A stretch of 26,389 nt of DNA from Aquificaceae bacterium (GCA_037924335.1 JAXSMZ010000021.1:1-26389); one strand, 5' to 3'; counted from the first letter of the stretch, positions 7,820-17,875 are shown. Translations and numbers: made by a program. Notes: generated from the sequence alone by a model not told the origin.

Positions 7820-9205
7820 ATGCCGAAGGAGGTTATGTGCCTTTCCAACGAGGATTACGTGTTTACCTTCCTTATAGGAGATGGGGAGGTGTTCAAAATA
7901 AGAGTGGAAAAAAGGGGGTCAACAAAGATAGTGGATAGTTTGTTTGTTGGGAAGGTAAGGAGGGTGGTAAAAGGTATGGATGGTGTTTTTGTTGATATAG
8001 GGTTGGATAAGGAAGCTTACCTACCCGTAAGACCCACTTGCAAAACAAACGAAGATGTTAAACCTCCAAGAGTGGGAGAGAGCATGATCCTACAAGTTGT
8101 GAGAGAACCCATAGGTGAAAAGGGGGCAAAGCTTACGACCAACATAAAGTTGGTTGGCAAATACGTAATATATCTTCCCATGGGCGCAGATATAAAGTAC
8201 TCTTCAAGGTTGAGTAAGGAAGAAAAGGAAAGGCTCAAAAGCGTAGTATCAGAGATGGGCTTTTCTGGAGGGCTCATATTCAGGACTTGCTCATCCAGTG
8301 CATCGAGGGAGGACCTTCTGAAAGACATAGAGAGTCTAAGAGAACTTTGGCAAAAGGTTTCAAAGCGAAGTAAGTCTATGAAAAAACCAGGCTTACTCCT
8401 TGGAGAATACCCTTGCTACATAAAAGCCATAAGGGACTATTGGTATGAAGTCGAGAAGGTTGTAGTTGACGACCCATACGTGTGGAGTGGTATAGTTTCT
8501 TTCCTGGAAGAGTTTGAATCATCACTTGTAAATAAAGTTGTGTACACGAAGGATACTGTTGCTTACATAAACAAGTACAGAATACATGATGTATTCAGAA
8601 AATTGCTCAATAGATACGTTTGGCTCAAGGGTGGTGGTTACATAGTTATAGACAGAACAGAGGCGATGACTGTTATAGACGTAAACAGCGGAGAACCTTG
8701 CGGAGAATCTCATGAGGAGAATGCAGTCAGCACAAACTTAGAGGCAGCGGAGGAAATAGCCAAACAGATAATCCTAAGAGACATAGGGGGTATAATAGTT
8801 ATAGACTTTATTGATATGAAAAAACAAGAGAACAAAGACCTGGTACTGAAAAAGCTCCAAGAGTCCTTAGGCGATGAGCTAAGCTGTATAAACATCTATG
8901 GATTTACAAAGCTTGGTCTTCTTGAAATGGCAAGGAGAAAAAGCACGGATGGTGTGCTATCGGTGCTTACAGAGTATTGCCATGTATGCAGAGGGAGAGG
9001 GAAGATAAAGAGCAAAGAGCTCCTTAAGTTCGAGCTTGAGAAAGAGCTAAAAAGCTGGCATACGGGAGTAATAGACCTTCATGTAAGGCATGATAACCTT
9101 GAAATGGTGAAGGGTCTGGTAGATAAACTGGGCTTGAAAAACGTAAACATAGTAAAGGATGACAGCGTAGGTTACAATGATTATGAGGTTTACTATAGAG
9201 CTTGA
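7820..9205 (+). CDS. rng: Rne/Rng family ribonuclease (RNase G-like)
   Basis: S1 domain FVDIG, EPIGEKGAKLT, TEAMTVIDVNSG, GGIIVIDFIDM, C..C.GRG. Confidence 0.93.
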   Translation: MPKEVMCLSNEDYVFTFLIGDGEVFKIRVEKRGSTKIVDSLFVGKVRRVVKGMDGVFVDIGLDKEAYLPVRPTCKTNEDVKPPRVGESMILQVVREPIGEKGAKLTTNIKLVGKYVIYLPMGADIKYSSRLSKEEKERLKSVVSEMGFSGGLIFRTCSSSASREDLLKDIESLRELWQKVSKRSKSMKKPGLLLGEYPCYIKAIRDYWYEVEKVVVDDPYVWSGIVSFLEEFESSLVNKVVYTKDTVAYINKYRIHDVFRKLLNRYVWLKGGGYIVIDRTEAMTVIDVNSGEPCGESHEENAVSTNLEAAEEIAKQIILRDIGGIIVIDFIDMKKQENKDLVLKKLQESLGDELSCINIYGFTKLGLLEMARRKSTDGVLSVLTEYCHVCRGRGKIKSKELLKFELEKELKSWHTGVIDLHVRHDNLEMVKGLVDKLGLKNVNIVKDDSVGYNDYEVYYRA

Positions 9206-9208
9206 GTG

Positions 9209-10105
9209 ATGAAAAAGTTTATACTTTTCGGCTTACTCCTTCTATTGTTTGGCTGTGCTAAGATGACGGAGGAGAAAAGGGCTAAGCTTGCCGTAGAGTA
9301 CTATCAAGAAGGTATGGCTGCGTATGCAAACAGGAACTATGGGAAGGCAACTGAGAGGCTAAAGGAAGCTCTCAAATACATGGAGAACCTATCCACTGAG
9401 CAGATAAAGGAAGCCAAGTATGCAATAGCGGATAGCTATTATATGGATAAGGATTACATAAACGCTGTGGTTTACCTTGAGGACTTTATATTTTATTATC
9501 CAAACATACCAGAAACTGAAAGAGCATACTTTATGCTTGTGGACAGCTATATGAAGGTGGCACCTGACGCATACAGAGACCAAACTTATACATGGAAAGC
9601 CATTGAGAAAGCTAGGGAATTTATGAGCAGATTTCCCAAAAGCACGTATTCAGACAGGGTAGAAGGTCTTATGGAGGATGCTAAGAAGAAGCTTGCAAAG
9701 CATGAGTATCTGATAGCAAGGTTTTATGAAGATTTTGGCTATTATTACTCTGCAGCCATGAGGTACAGAGAACTTCTCGTAAACTATCCAGAGCAGGTAT
9801 CGGACGTGGAAGTATCTTTTAGGTACATAAAGTCCCTACTTCTTGTGAGGCTTCAGGCTAAAAAGGAGGAAGAGAAATACAGAAGCTGGGTGGAAGATGC
9901 TAAAAAGAGTTTGAAAGAGGCAAAGAGCGAAGAGGATAGAAGGGCACTAGAAAAGAGGATAGACTTTTTAAACGGGGAGATAGAAAGGTGGAAAAACATA
10001 GCAAAAGAGAGTTACAATGAAGGTAAAAAGAACATGGAGAAGTATAAAGAGTTGTACGGGGAAAATACATATTACAAGGAGCTGCAAAAGTACACAAAAA
10101 TATGA
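9209..10105 (+). CDS. bamD: Outer membrane protein assembly lipoprotein BamD
   Basis: Lipobox LFGC, TPR repeats, RDQ motif, LA.HEY.IARFY. Confidence 0.9.
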   Translation: MKKFILFGLLLLLFGCAKMTEEKRAKLAVEYYQEGMAAYANRNYGKATERLKEALKYMENLSTEQIKEAKYAIADSYYMDKDYINAVVYLEDFIFYYPNIPETERAYFMLVDSYMKVAPDAYRDQTYTWKAIEKAREFMSRFPKSTYSDRVEGLMEDAKKKLAKHEYLIARFYEDFGYYYSAAMRYRELLVNYPEQVSDVEVSFRYIKSLLLVRLQAKKEEEKYRSWVEDAKKSLKEAKSEEDRRALEKRIDFLNGEIERWKNIAKESYNEGKKNMEKYKELYGENTYYKELQKYTKI

Positions 10106-10434
10106 CGGAGAAGATAGGGTTGATAAAAAGACTTTTGGAGGAAAAAAAGGGAGAGGATGTAGTTGTTCTTGATGTGTCCAATTTGACTAACTTAGCAGAT
10201 TATTTTGTGATAGCAACTGCCAACTCTTCAGTTCATGCAAGGTCCATGGCGGACCATGTTATAGAGGAGCTAAAAAAGCATGGCATAGAACCAGACCATA
10301 CGGAAGGTATGGAAAGCGCCAATTGGATACTTATAGACCTTCTTGATACAATAGTTCATATATTTCAGAGAGAGTGGAGAGAGTACTATGACCTTGAGTG
10401 GCTTTATGGGACTGCAAAGAGGGTTAAGGTATGA
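10102..10434 (+). CDS. rsfS: Ribosome silencing factor
   Basis: EKKGEDVVVLDV, ADYFVIATA, WILID, R.YYDLE.L. Confidence 0.96.
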   Translation: MTEKIGLIKRLLEEKKGEDVVVLDVSNLTNLADYFVIATANSSVHARSMADHVIEELKKHGIEPDHTEGMESANWILIDLLDTIVHIFQREWREYYDLEWLYGTAKRVKV

Positions 10435-11612
10435 ACTTTATTAAAATCCTTCTGATAGTAGCTCTTACCATAGCGTTTCTTATCTTTGTAGCTCAGCATG
10501 CTTACTATGTTAACCTTAACTTCTTTGGCTCAACGTACTCAGTTCCACTCTTTGTAATAATCCTATTTTCTTTAGCTTTAGGCTTCCTTTTACCCACATT
10601 GTACTTCTTAGTAAGGGAGGTTAGATTAAAGGGTTTTATCAAAGATGTAGGGTCTGGAGTACTCAATCTTTTCAACGGATACCCATCAAAAGCGGAGAGA
10701 GACCTTTCAGGACCTTCAAAAAAGGAAGAATGGGTATCGCTTTTTCTTGCCCAAGCTCTCCTGCAGAAGGATGGGATGGGTAAGCTGGAAGAACTTAGAG
10801 TAATGTCAGTTGGAGGTTCCTTGGACGCTCTCCTTGGTTCTATGCTTTTGAAGGAGAGGGAGTATCAGAAAGCAAAGGACCTCTTCCTTTCCTCTATATC
10901 TAAGAACCCTGCTAACCTTCGTGCTTTGAGAGGCTTGAGAGACCTAAGCTTTTTGGAAGAAGACCTTCAATCGTGCATAGAATACCAACAGAGAGTGATA
11001 AAAAACTGTGAAAAATGGGAGAAGGAAGAGGAGAAAAGAATCATGGCTGAAGTGCTGTCCCATGCATCGGAAAAGCTAACGAACAGAAGAAAAGAGCTTT
11101 TAGAAAAGGCTATGGATACAAAAAGAAGCTTTTATGTACTCGCTCGTTGGATACAGTACCTTCTCGAAGAAGAAGATACAAAGGAGGCAAAAAGGCAGAT
11201 AGAAAGAGTTTTTGATGCAAACTTACAGAATCAAGTGTTTATGGTTCTTTCCAGAAAGGAAGAGCATCTGGCAAAACTAATTGACGTCTTGAGGGAAAGG
11301 GGGAACCATCTGCAGCCGGATGTTCTTGCCAGGCTTTACATGAGGCTTAACCTTCTGACTCAACTCAAAGACATGCTTGATAAACTACCAGAACCTCTAA
11401 AGCTCATGGCTCTTACAATGGAATCTCATAGGGATACCGATAGATTATGCAATGAGGTTGTAAGTGACCTTTACAAGCCTTGGGTATGTACATGCGGTGA
11501 GTATTATAATTATTATGTTCCTTTCTGTGAGAGATGCTTCTCATGGGGGAATATTAAACTCAGGGGGAATGAGCATGTTGGTGGACCTAGAAAGAAAGAT
11601 AGTAAGACTTAA
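10431..11612 (+). CDS. LapA-LapB-like fusion (LPS assembly membrane domain, TPR region, rubredoxin-like C terminus)
   Basis: N-terminal two-TM LapA/DUF1049 pattern, TPR-like helices, C-terminal WVCTCG...PFCERCFSWGNI. Confidence 0.7.
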   Translation: MNFIKILLIVALTIAFLIFVAQHAYYVNLNFFGSTYSVPLFVIILFSLALGFLLPTLYFLVREVRLKGFIKDVGSGVLNLFNGYPSKAERDLSGPSKKEEWVSLFLAQALLQKDGMGKLEELRVMSVGGSLDALLGSMLLKEREYQKAKDLFLSSISKNPANLRALRGLRDLSFLEEDLQSCIEYQQRVIKNCEKWEKEEEKRIMAEVLSHASEKLTNRRKELLEKAMDTKRSFYVLARWIQYLLEEEDTKEAKRQIERVFDANLQNQVFMVLSRKEEHLAKLIDVLRERGNHLQPDVLARLYMRLNLLTQLKDMLDKLPEPLKLMALTMESHRDTDRLCNEVVSDLYKPWVCTCGEYYNYYVPFCERCFSWGNIKLRGNEHVGGPRKKDSKT

Positions 11613-12147
11613 GGTTGTTTACTATGGACCAGCTAGGTCTGGGAAGACCACAAACTTAGAAAGGATAGCTCAAAGGGAGGGACTGGACCTTCTGGAAATA
11701 AACACTGACGACGATAGGACGCTCGTTTTTGACTTTGCAACAAAAAAAGTAAACCTCGGCAACTTGTTGGTTTCTTTAGCCCTTTACACGGTGCCCGGTC
11801 AGCACATATACAAGGATATAAGGTTGATGGTTATGAGAGGAGTGGATGGCATCATCTTTGTGGTTGATTCGCAGAAGGAGAGACTAAAGGAGAACATAGA
11901 GTTCCTGGGACTTCTAAAGGAAGACCTTATGAAGGTAGGTAGAGACTACCAGAATTTGCCTTTGGTTTTACAGTACAACAAGATGGACCTTCCCAATAGA
12001 CTTGACTATGAGAGCTTGGAAGAGCAGATCAACGTAGAAGGCTTCCCTTCTGTCCAGGCGAGCGCCATAAAGAACGAAGGAGTTTTTGAAGCGCTTAACC
12101 TCCTTGAAGAGAAAATGGTTTCAAAAATAAAGCGTATGGTGGGATGA
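11575..12147 (+). CDS. mglA: MglA-family small Ras-like GTPase
   Basis: KVVYYGPARSGKTTNL, DRTLVFDF, LYTVPGQ, GVDGIIFVVDS, QYNKMD; GGGGG RBS before ATG 11575. Confidence 0.85.
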   Translation: MLVDLERKIVRLKVVYYGPARSGKTTNLERIAQREGLDLLEINTDDDRTLVFDFATKKVNLGNLLVSLALYTVPGQHIYKDIRLMVMRGVDGIIFVVDSQKERLKENIEFLGLLKEDLMKVGRDYQNLPLVLQYNKMDLPNRLDYESLEEQINVEGFPSVQASAIKNEGVFEALNLLEEKMVSKIKRMVG

Positions 12148-13574
12148 TGCTTTTCGGGTACATAAGCAAACAGCAAGACATCGTGGACCTGATAAACAAC
12201 TGTCTCATAAACAAAAACGGGCTCCTTAATCTTTTTTCTAACAATAGCTCTATCTCCCTTTACATAGAAAAGGGCTATGTAAAAGGATTCTTTTCACCTG
12301 CCCTTGAGGGCCTTTCAGAAGATATAAAGAACAAAACATCCATGCTCTTTTACTATCTCTTTGAAACCTTAGAGAACCCAGAGGGATTTTTTAGCTTTAG
12401 CCAGAATGAAAACGAGAGTTTGATCTTATTGGAAGAACCCATAAACGCAGAGGAGCTAGTTCTCCAGCTGCATCTTATATCCCATAAGTTGAAAGCCCTA
12501 ATGGATAAGATAATAACACCCTATGCTGTCTTGAAAGCGCAGAAAAACTTTGAGAATATGGAGACCTTTGATGGAAAGACTTTACATCAGATCCTTTACT
12601 CTACAGAGGGGGATATGGTTGAACTGCTTCAGAAAGTTGAGAGTTTAATTTCCAATGGCTTCCTTGATATACATCAGTTTTACAATCCGGAGGTAGACAA
12701 ACATGATTTTACGATAGAGTATTTGATAAAGGACGTTGAATCTGGCAAGATAAATCTCATTACAATCGTTGAAAATCTTCAGCTCAGTAAGTTCACTGGC
12801 TTTTTGAGAGCTGTGAAGGGTATAAATGAATTTGAAATATTCTACGTGAAGGGAAAGCCCATAGGGGTTTATCCGTTAAACTGCAACATCTTTGAGTTTC
12901 TCATAAATCCAGATGCTTCTATGAACGTAAGCGTCGTTAGTATGGACGCTTCCGCTTTGAATCTGTACATGCTCAAGTATACTGAAAATTGGTGGGTTAA
13001 GGGTGTAGGGAACGAATTCTTGGAGTTGGGCAAGCTTATAATGGGGATGGAACAGTCTAAGAGTACAGGGTTGCTCTTGGTTCATATGCCCAGCAAGGAG
13101 ACTTATATTCTCTTTGATAAAGGAAGGATAAAGGGCATAATGGAAGAGACAGAGGGCTATCTTAAAGCCTATACACACTTGAAGGTGGAAAGACCATTCT
13201 GGGTAGATATGTCCCCTTACGAACCTATGGAGAATATTAGCTCTACCATCTATCTCTTCCTTATAAACGTAGTATACGGTGTGCTTTTTAAACACTTGGG
13301 TTATAACGCAGAGCATAACCTGCTAAGCTATGTTGCATCCTCAGACCTTTTTAAGTATGAAGAGGGTTCTATAAAGTACAGAAGAAAACCCAAAGAAGAG
13401 GATGATGTGGTCATTGGTTTACTCTCTCTACTTTTGGATACGGGTCACAAGGTATTAGGTCAGAAAAGACTGGAAGAATCCATCGAAGCACTATTACAAC
13501 CCTATGGGGAGATCTTCAAAATTATGGACGTAGAAAAGTATATAAGGTTTTCCAATGAGAATCCTTCTCGTTGA
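12144..13574 (+). CDS. Hypothetical protein with three PATAN/DUF4388-like repeats
   Basis: Three segments of form (T)G.L.(7-8 aa).hhh.KG...G; start overlaps the mglA stop (ATGA). Confidence 0.6.
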   Translation: MMLFGYISKQQDIVDLINNCLINKNGLLNLFSNNSSISLYIEKGYVKGFFSPALEGLSEDIKNKTSMLFYYLFETLENPEGFFSFSQNENESLILLEEPINAEELVLQLHLISHKLKALMDKIITPYAVLKAQKNFENMETFDGKTLHQILYSTEGDMVELLQKVESLISNGFLDIHQFYNPEVDKHDFTIEYLIKDVESGKINLITIVENLQLSKFTGFLRAVKGINEFEIFYVKGKPIGVYPLNCNIFEFLINPDASMNVSVVSMDASALNLYMLKYTENWWVKGVGNEFLELGKLIMGMEQSKSTGLLLVHMPSKETYILFDKGRIKGIMEETEGYLKAYTHLKVERPFWVDMSPYEPMENISSTIYLFLINVVYGVLFKHLGYNAEHNLLSYVASSDLFKYEEGSIKYRRKPKEEDDVVIGLLSLLLDTGHKVLGQKRLEESIEALLQPYGEIFKIMDVEKYIRFSNENPSR

Positions 13575-14229
13575 AGATGACCCTTACGTGGGTGAGATGA
13601 TAAAGGAAGGACTTCAGCACGAGAGATATAATGTCCTTTGGGTAAAGGATGGCTTCTCTGCTATGGTGGAAGCCTTAAAGGGAGACTATGACCTTGTGCT
13701 TCTTGACCTTATGCTTCCAAAGTTTGATGGACTAAAGGTATGCAGTAAGATAAGACAGGTAAAGGACGTACCTATTATAGTGGTAACGGCAAAATCTCAG
13801 GTGGAAGATAAAGTGGAAGGGCTTTCCGCAGGTGCTGACGATTACATAACAAAACCTTTCTCCTTCAAAGAACTTCTTGCAAGAATAAACGCTGTGCTCA
13901 GAAGGTATAAAAGAGAGACTCAGGAATCGATAAGCTTAGGCAAGCTTACGCTGGATTTAAGGTCCTATGAAGTGTTTTACAATGGACGAAGAGTAAACCT
14001 AACCAAAAGGGAGTTTGAACTTTTAAAGGTACTGATGGAAAACGCAGGAGAGGTTGTTAGCAGGGAAAGGCTCTTTACCAAGGTATGGGCTTCTTACGGA
14101 GAAGAGAGTTCAAACGTTGTGGATGTCTACATAAAGAATTTAAGGAACAAGTTGGGGGACAGACCTCCAAAGCTCATACGTACTGTCAGAGGAATAGGCT
14201 ACATGATAAAATCGGAAGATGTCGATTAA
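13555..14229 (+). CDS. OmpR-family response regulator
   Basis: LLVEDD, LDLMLP, GADDYITKPF, LTKREFELL, IRTVRGIGY. Confidence 0.96.
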   Translation: MRILLVEDDPYVGEMIKEGLQHERYNVLWVKDGFSAMVEALKGDYDLVLLDLMLPKFDGLKVCSKIRQVKDVPIIVVTAKSQVEDKVEGLSAGADDYITKPFSFKELLARINAVLRRYKRETQESISLGKLTLDLRSYEVFYNGRRVNLTKREFELLKVLMENAGEVVSRERLFTKVWASYGEESSNVVDVYIKNLRNKLGDRPPKLIRTVRGIGYMIKSEDVD

Positions 14230-15520
14230 ACTAAAACTCCTCCTTTTTTTTCTTGGAGCATACACCTTCAGCGTTCTTAGCGTAGCCTTCTTTACCCTTG
14301 CAGCTGTCAAAGAGCTTCTTTTGAACTACACGTACGATTACATGTACTATCAGGTAAAGCCAACCATAGAGTTTTACAAAAGCATCCATGCGTATCCCCC
14401 TCGCTACATAAAGCTTTTGGCATCTGATGTGGTTTCTAGGGAGATGGCAAGCCTTGTACTAAACAAGAAGGGCAACATAATACACAAAGAACCCTTCATA
14501 GATGGTGAAAGCTTAGACCTGACCGAAGAGGATATGAGACTCTTCATGCAAAGCAGAAAGGGAATAATAGACGGCCTTGCTTTTCTTGTAATAGATATAG
14601 GGGATTACAAGCTTGTTCTCTTGGAGAAGATGGAGAAGGTTTTGAGAATTGAGAAGAAACTTCTAATCTTCGTAACCGCCTTTACCCTTTTCATATCCCT
14701 TTTAACATCATTAATGCTGACTTTTTTTGTAAAACGTATGCTATGGCCTCTTAGCTACCTTACTGATGTTTCAAGGGAGGTTTACAAAGGTAATATGGAT
14801 ATAAAAGTAGAAAAGAGCAAGGGCAGTGATGAACTTGCAGTGCTTCAGAATGCTTACGGAGATATGTTAGAAAAGTTAAAGGGAACCTTTCAGTGGCAGA
14901 AAGAATTTATAGCGGGTGTGGCTCATGAGCTTAAGACACCTCTCACATACATAAAGGGACAGCTCGAACTTTTAAGCATGGGTGTTTACAAAGAAGACAT
15001 GGCAGGAATCTTAAAAAACATGCTGACTCAATCCAACAAAATGGAGAAGCTGATAAACCATCTTGTACTGCTCATGAGGCTCGAGTCTGGAATACCGCTG
15101 AAACTTTCTCCCTTGGGTGTAAATGAAGTTCTGGCAGAATTAGACGAAGAGTACGAGTTTGTACGAGAGAGTCACAGGTTTCATGTGGAATACATGGAAG
15201 AAGATATGGAAATTCTGGCAGATAAAAGCTACATAAAGATAGCCTTGGGCAATCTAATTGAGAACAGCTACAAGTATACACCAAAAGGTGGAATGATAAG
15301 ACTTTACTTTACAAACAGCTGTTTTGTAGTGGAAGATAACGGTATAGGGATAAAGAACACCGAGAAGGTGTTAAAAAGGTTTTACAGGGAAGTAAAGGAC
15401 AAAGAGGGTTTTGGTTTAGGCCTCTCCATAGTGAAGGCTGTAGCAGATGCCCACCGTTTTAAATTAAGAATAGAAAGCAAAAAGGGATACGGAACAAAGG
15501 TGAGCTTATGTATAATATGA
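14219..15520 (+). CDS. HAMP-domain sensor histidine kinase
   Basis: Two TM segments, HAMP, AHELKTPL H-box, NLIENS.KY, EDNGIGI, GFGLGL. Confidence 0.95.
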   Translation: MSIKLKLLLFFLGAYTFSVLSVAFFTLAAVKELLLNYTYDYMYYQVKPTIEFYKSIHAYPPRYIKLLASDVVSREMASLVLNKKGNIIHKEPFIDGESLDLTEEDMRLFMQSRKGIIDGLAFLVIDIGDYKLVLLEKMEKVLRIEKKLLIFVTAFTLFISLLTSLMLTFFVKRMLWPLSYLTDVSREVYKGNMDIKVEKSKGSDELAVLQNAYGDMLEKLKGTFQWQKEFIAGVAHELKTPLTYIKGQLELLSMGVYKEDMAGILKNMLTQSNKMEKLINHLVLLMRLESGIPLKLSPLGVNEVLAELDEEYEFVRESHRFHVEYMEEDMEILADKSYIKIALGNLIENSYKYTPKGGMIRLYFTNSCFVVEDNGIGIKNTEKVLKRFYREVKDKEGFGLGLSIVKAVADAHRFKLRIESKKGYGTKVSLCII

Positions 15521-15523
15521 GCT

Positions 15524-16114
15524 ATGAGAAAGTTATCACTCCTTTTTATAGTTGCTCTTCTTCTATCCTGTCAAAAGAAAGAGCATAGTTTTTACGGTTT
15601 TTTTTACAACCAACCAGCTTACGACTTTGAACTCATAGACCAAGATAGAAAGCAGGCAAGGCTTTCAAATTACACGAAGCAAGGGAAGATAGTTATCATA
15701 TTCTTTGGCTACACTCACTGCCCCGATGTTTGCCCCACTGCCCTTACTACGCTTGCAAAGGTGGTAAAAGAGCTTAACGATAAAGAAAGACAAAAAGTCC
15801 AGGTGCTTTTCATAAGCGTAGACCCAGAGAGGGACACTCCAGAAGTTCTAAAGGGTTATGTCCCATTCTTCTATCCTACCTTTTTAGGACTCACAGGGAC
15901 TAGCGAAAGCATCAAAAAAATAGCAAAAGAGTATAAGGTTTTTTACAGAAAGGTTGAGGGAGAGTCTACGGCTGGATACCTTATAGACCATACGGCTACC
16001 ATATACGTGGTCACACCCGACATGAGGATAAAGCTCCTTTATACTCCCGCCAAACAAGACCCTTATAAAATGTCAGAGGATATCAGATATCTGATAGAGA
16101 AAGAGAGAAATTGA
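15524..16114 (+). CDS. SCO1/SenC copper chaperone lipoprotein
   Basis: LLSC lipobox, FFGYTHCPDVC, SVDPERDT, Y.IDH. Confidence 0.95.
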   Translation: MRKLSLLFIVALLLSCQKKEHSFYGFFYNQPAYDFELIDQDRKQARLSNYTKQGKIVIIFFGYTHCPDVCPTALTTLAKVVKELNDKERQKVQVLFISVDPERDTPEVLKGYVPFFYPTFLGLTGTSESIKKIAKEYKVFYRKVEGESTAGYLIDHTATIYVVTPDMRIKLLYTPAKQDPYKMSEDIRYLIEKERN

Positions 16115-16698
16115 TCAGAGACCTTTTTTTGAGGAACGGCTTTTATATTGAAGATAAGAAGATAGAGCTTTTCAAAGTTTACATGGAAGAGCTCAAAAGA
16201 TGGAACAGAATTCATAGGCTGACAAGCATAGAAAAGGATGAAGAGATCATAATAAGGCACTTTGTAGACTCTCTTACGATTATGCTTTGCTTTCAGGAGA
16301 AGGGTGTGGATATTACAAACAAGAGTCTCTGTGATGTTGGCTCTGGAGCTGGTTTTCCTGGAGTGCCGCTAAAGATATACTATGGTGACAGAGTGGACAT
16401 GACCCTTATAGAGTCCGTTTCTAAAAAGTGTTCCTTTTTAGAATACATAAAATCAAGGCTTGGGCTTAATTACAGAGTACTTTGTAAAAGAGCCGAGAAA
16501 GTGAGCGAAACCTTTGACATAGTCTTTTGTAGAGCATTGGGAGAGCTAGAGGAAATAGTCCCCATCCTAAGGAAGCTCTCAAGGGAGTATGTGTTCATCA
16601 TGAAGGGTAAGGAAGCACCACCGGGGTACGATTTTTGTAAAATAAACACTTACGACATAAAAGACAGTTATATCCTCTTCCTTCCAAAGACTATGTAA
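16111..16698 (+). CDS. rsmG: 16S rRNA m7G527 methyltransferase
   Basis: WN...LTS, RHFVDS, DVGSGAGFPG, RA motif. Confidence 0.95.
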   Translation: MIRDLFLRNGFYIEDKKIELFKVYMEELKRWNRIHRLTSIEKDEEIIIRHFVDSLTIMLCFQEKGVDITNKSLCDVGSGAGFPGVPLKIYYGDRVDMTLIESVSKKCSFLEYIKSRLGLNYRVLCKRAEKVSETFDIVFCRALGELEEIVPILRKLSREYVFIMKGKEAPPGYDFCKINTYDIKDSYILFLPKTM

Positions 16699-17408
16699 GC
16701 TGTATGGGCTGTCATTTGGTCCTGAGGTCTTAGTCTTTCTGGGTTCGTTTTGTAGTATCTTAGCAGTATCTCCAAGACTTCTATGCTTGTGAAAAGGGGT
16801 TCCATTTGAGACAGAAGTTTGCTAACTTGGTTGGTTGTAGGAAGTAAAAAACCGCAAACTCTTCCCCTTTTTAGAGAACTCCACACCTTATCCAAATACA
16901 TCCATGGTTCCCTCACGTCAACAACACATGCATCAAAGAACTCTTCTTCCACATTAGCCTCCTGGAAATCCATGTTGAAGGCTTTCACATTTTTGCAAAG
17001 GTCAAACCTCTCCCAGTTTTCTAGAGCATTCTTGTAGAAACTCTCTGAAACCTCATAAGCGTAAACTTCTCCAGCAAGCCTTGAAAGAACAGATGTCATT
17101 GCGCCGCTTCCTATCCCAAACTCAAGCACCCTTTCATCCTTTTTTACATCAAGTTTAAAAGCAATATAGAAAGAATCCTTCGGGTACACTATCTGTGTCT
17201 TTCTTCTAAACCCAAAGAGTATGATATCTTCAAGCGTGGGCCTAAGAAGGAAAAACTCCCCTACCTTTTCTCCCTCTTGCCTTCCTATAATATCTTGGAA
17301 CTTGATCACATTCCCCTTTACACTAAGGCTCATGTTCTTTATCAATTTCCGTATGTATCTCTTCTCCTTATAGAGTATGAGTACGTGTTCCCCCTCTTTG
17401 AACGTCAT
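16668..17408 (-). CDS. trmI: tRNA (adenine-N1)-methyltransferase (m1A58)
   Basis: R.TQIVYPKD, LEFGIGSG, DVREPW, PTTNQV, RLRP...M.AHTAY. Confidence 0.92.
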   Translation of the reverse strand: MTFKEGEHVLILYKEKRYIRKLIKNMSLSVKGNVIKFQDIIGRQEGEKVGEFFLLRPTLEDIILFGFRRKTQIVYPKDSFYIAFKLDVKKDERVLEFGIGSGAMTSVLSRLAGEVYAYEVSESFYKNALENWERFDLCKNVKAFNMDFQEANVEEEFFDACVVDVREPWMYLDKVWSSLKRGRVCGFLLPTTNQVSKLLSQMEPLFTSIEVLEILLRYYKTNPERLRPQDQMTAHTAYIVFGRKRI

Positions 17409-17875
17409 CTCAGTTCCAGTATAGCCCTTCCAAGCAAATAGGACGCTTGCGCATATTTTAAGGCATAGTTGTAATCCTTTGCTCTGCTGTTCTCCCTTGC
17501 AACTTGATAGAAAAGAAGCTGATAAAAATAAAGAGTCTGGTACTTATCTTTGTATTTTCTTGTCCCATTTAAAGTAGCAAGAGCGTTCCTGAGCCTCTTC
17601 TGTGTAATGACAGCCAGAAGTTTTTTATCTGCATATTCCTTTAGGCTCTCTTCTTTTATGACCTCCAGCGATGAAAGAATCCTGTCTGCCACCCTTTTTG
17701 TTTTATTATCATCCTTAGAACACCCCTCTGTTATAAGTTTATCTGCTTCACTCATAAGGTCTTGATATATATAATCTTTAAGCAGATAGTTATATCTATT
17801 TCTTAAGGATTCGCAGTCTTGAGCGTTGACGCCCATGTAGACAGTAAACATTAAAAGCACCACTTTCCAAAGCAT
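17405..17875 (-). CDS. Hypothetical exported helical protein
   Basis: ATG 17875 gives MLWKVVLLMFTVYMGVNA, which looks like a signal peptide; stop overlaps the trmI start. Confidence 0.7.
   Translation of the reverse strand: MLWKVVLLMFTVYMGVNAQDCESLRNRYNYLLKDYIYQDLMSEADKLITEGCSKDDNKTKRVADRILSSLEVIKEESLKEYADKKLLAVITQKRLRNALATLNGTRKYKDKYQTLYFYQLLFYQVARENSRAKDYNYALKYAQASYLLGRAILELR

Noticed and set aside
11464..11574. N-terminal extension of the MglA ORF
   Set aside because: It overlaps the Cys domain of the upstream gene; MglA similarity and the RBS begin at 11575
13555..16114. Two-component pair as a copper sensor controlling SCO
   Set aside because: Only adjacency supports it; SCO has its own -10 and no operator repeat was recognised
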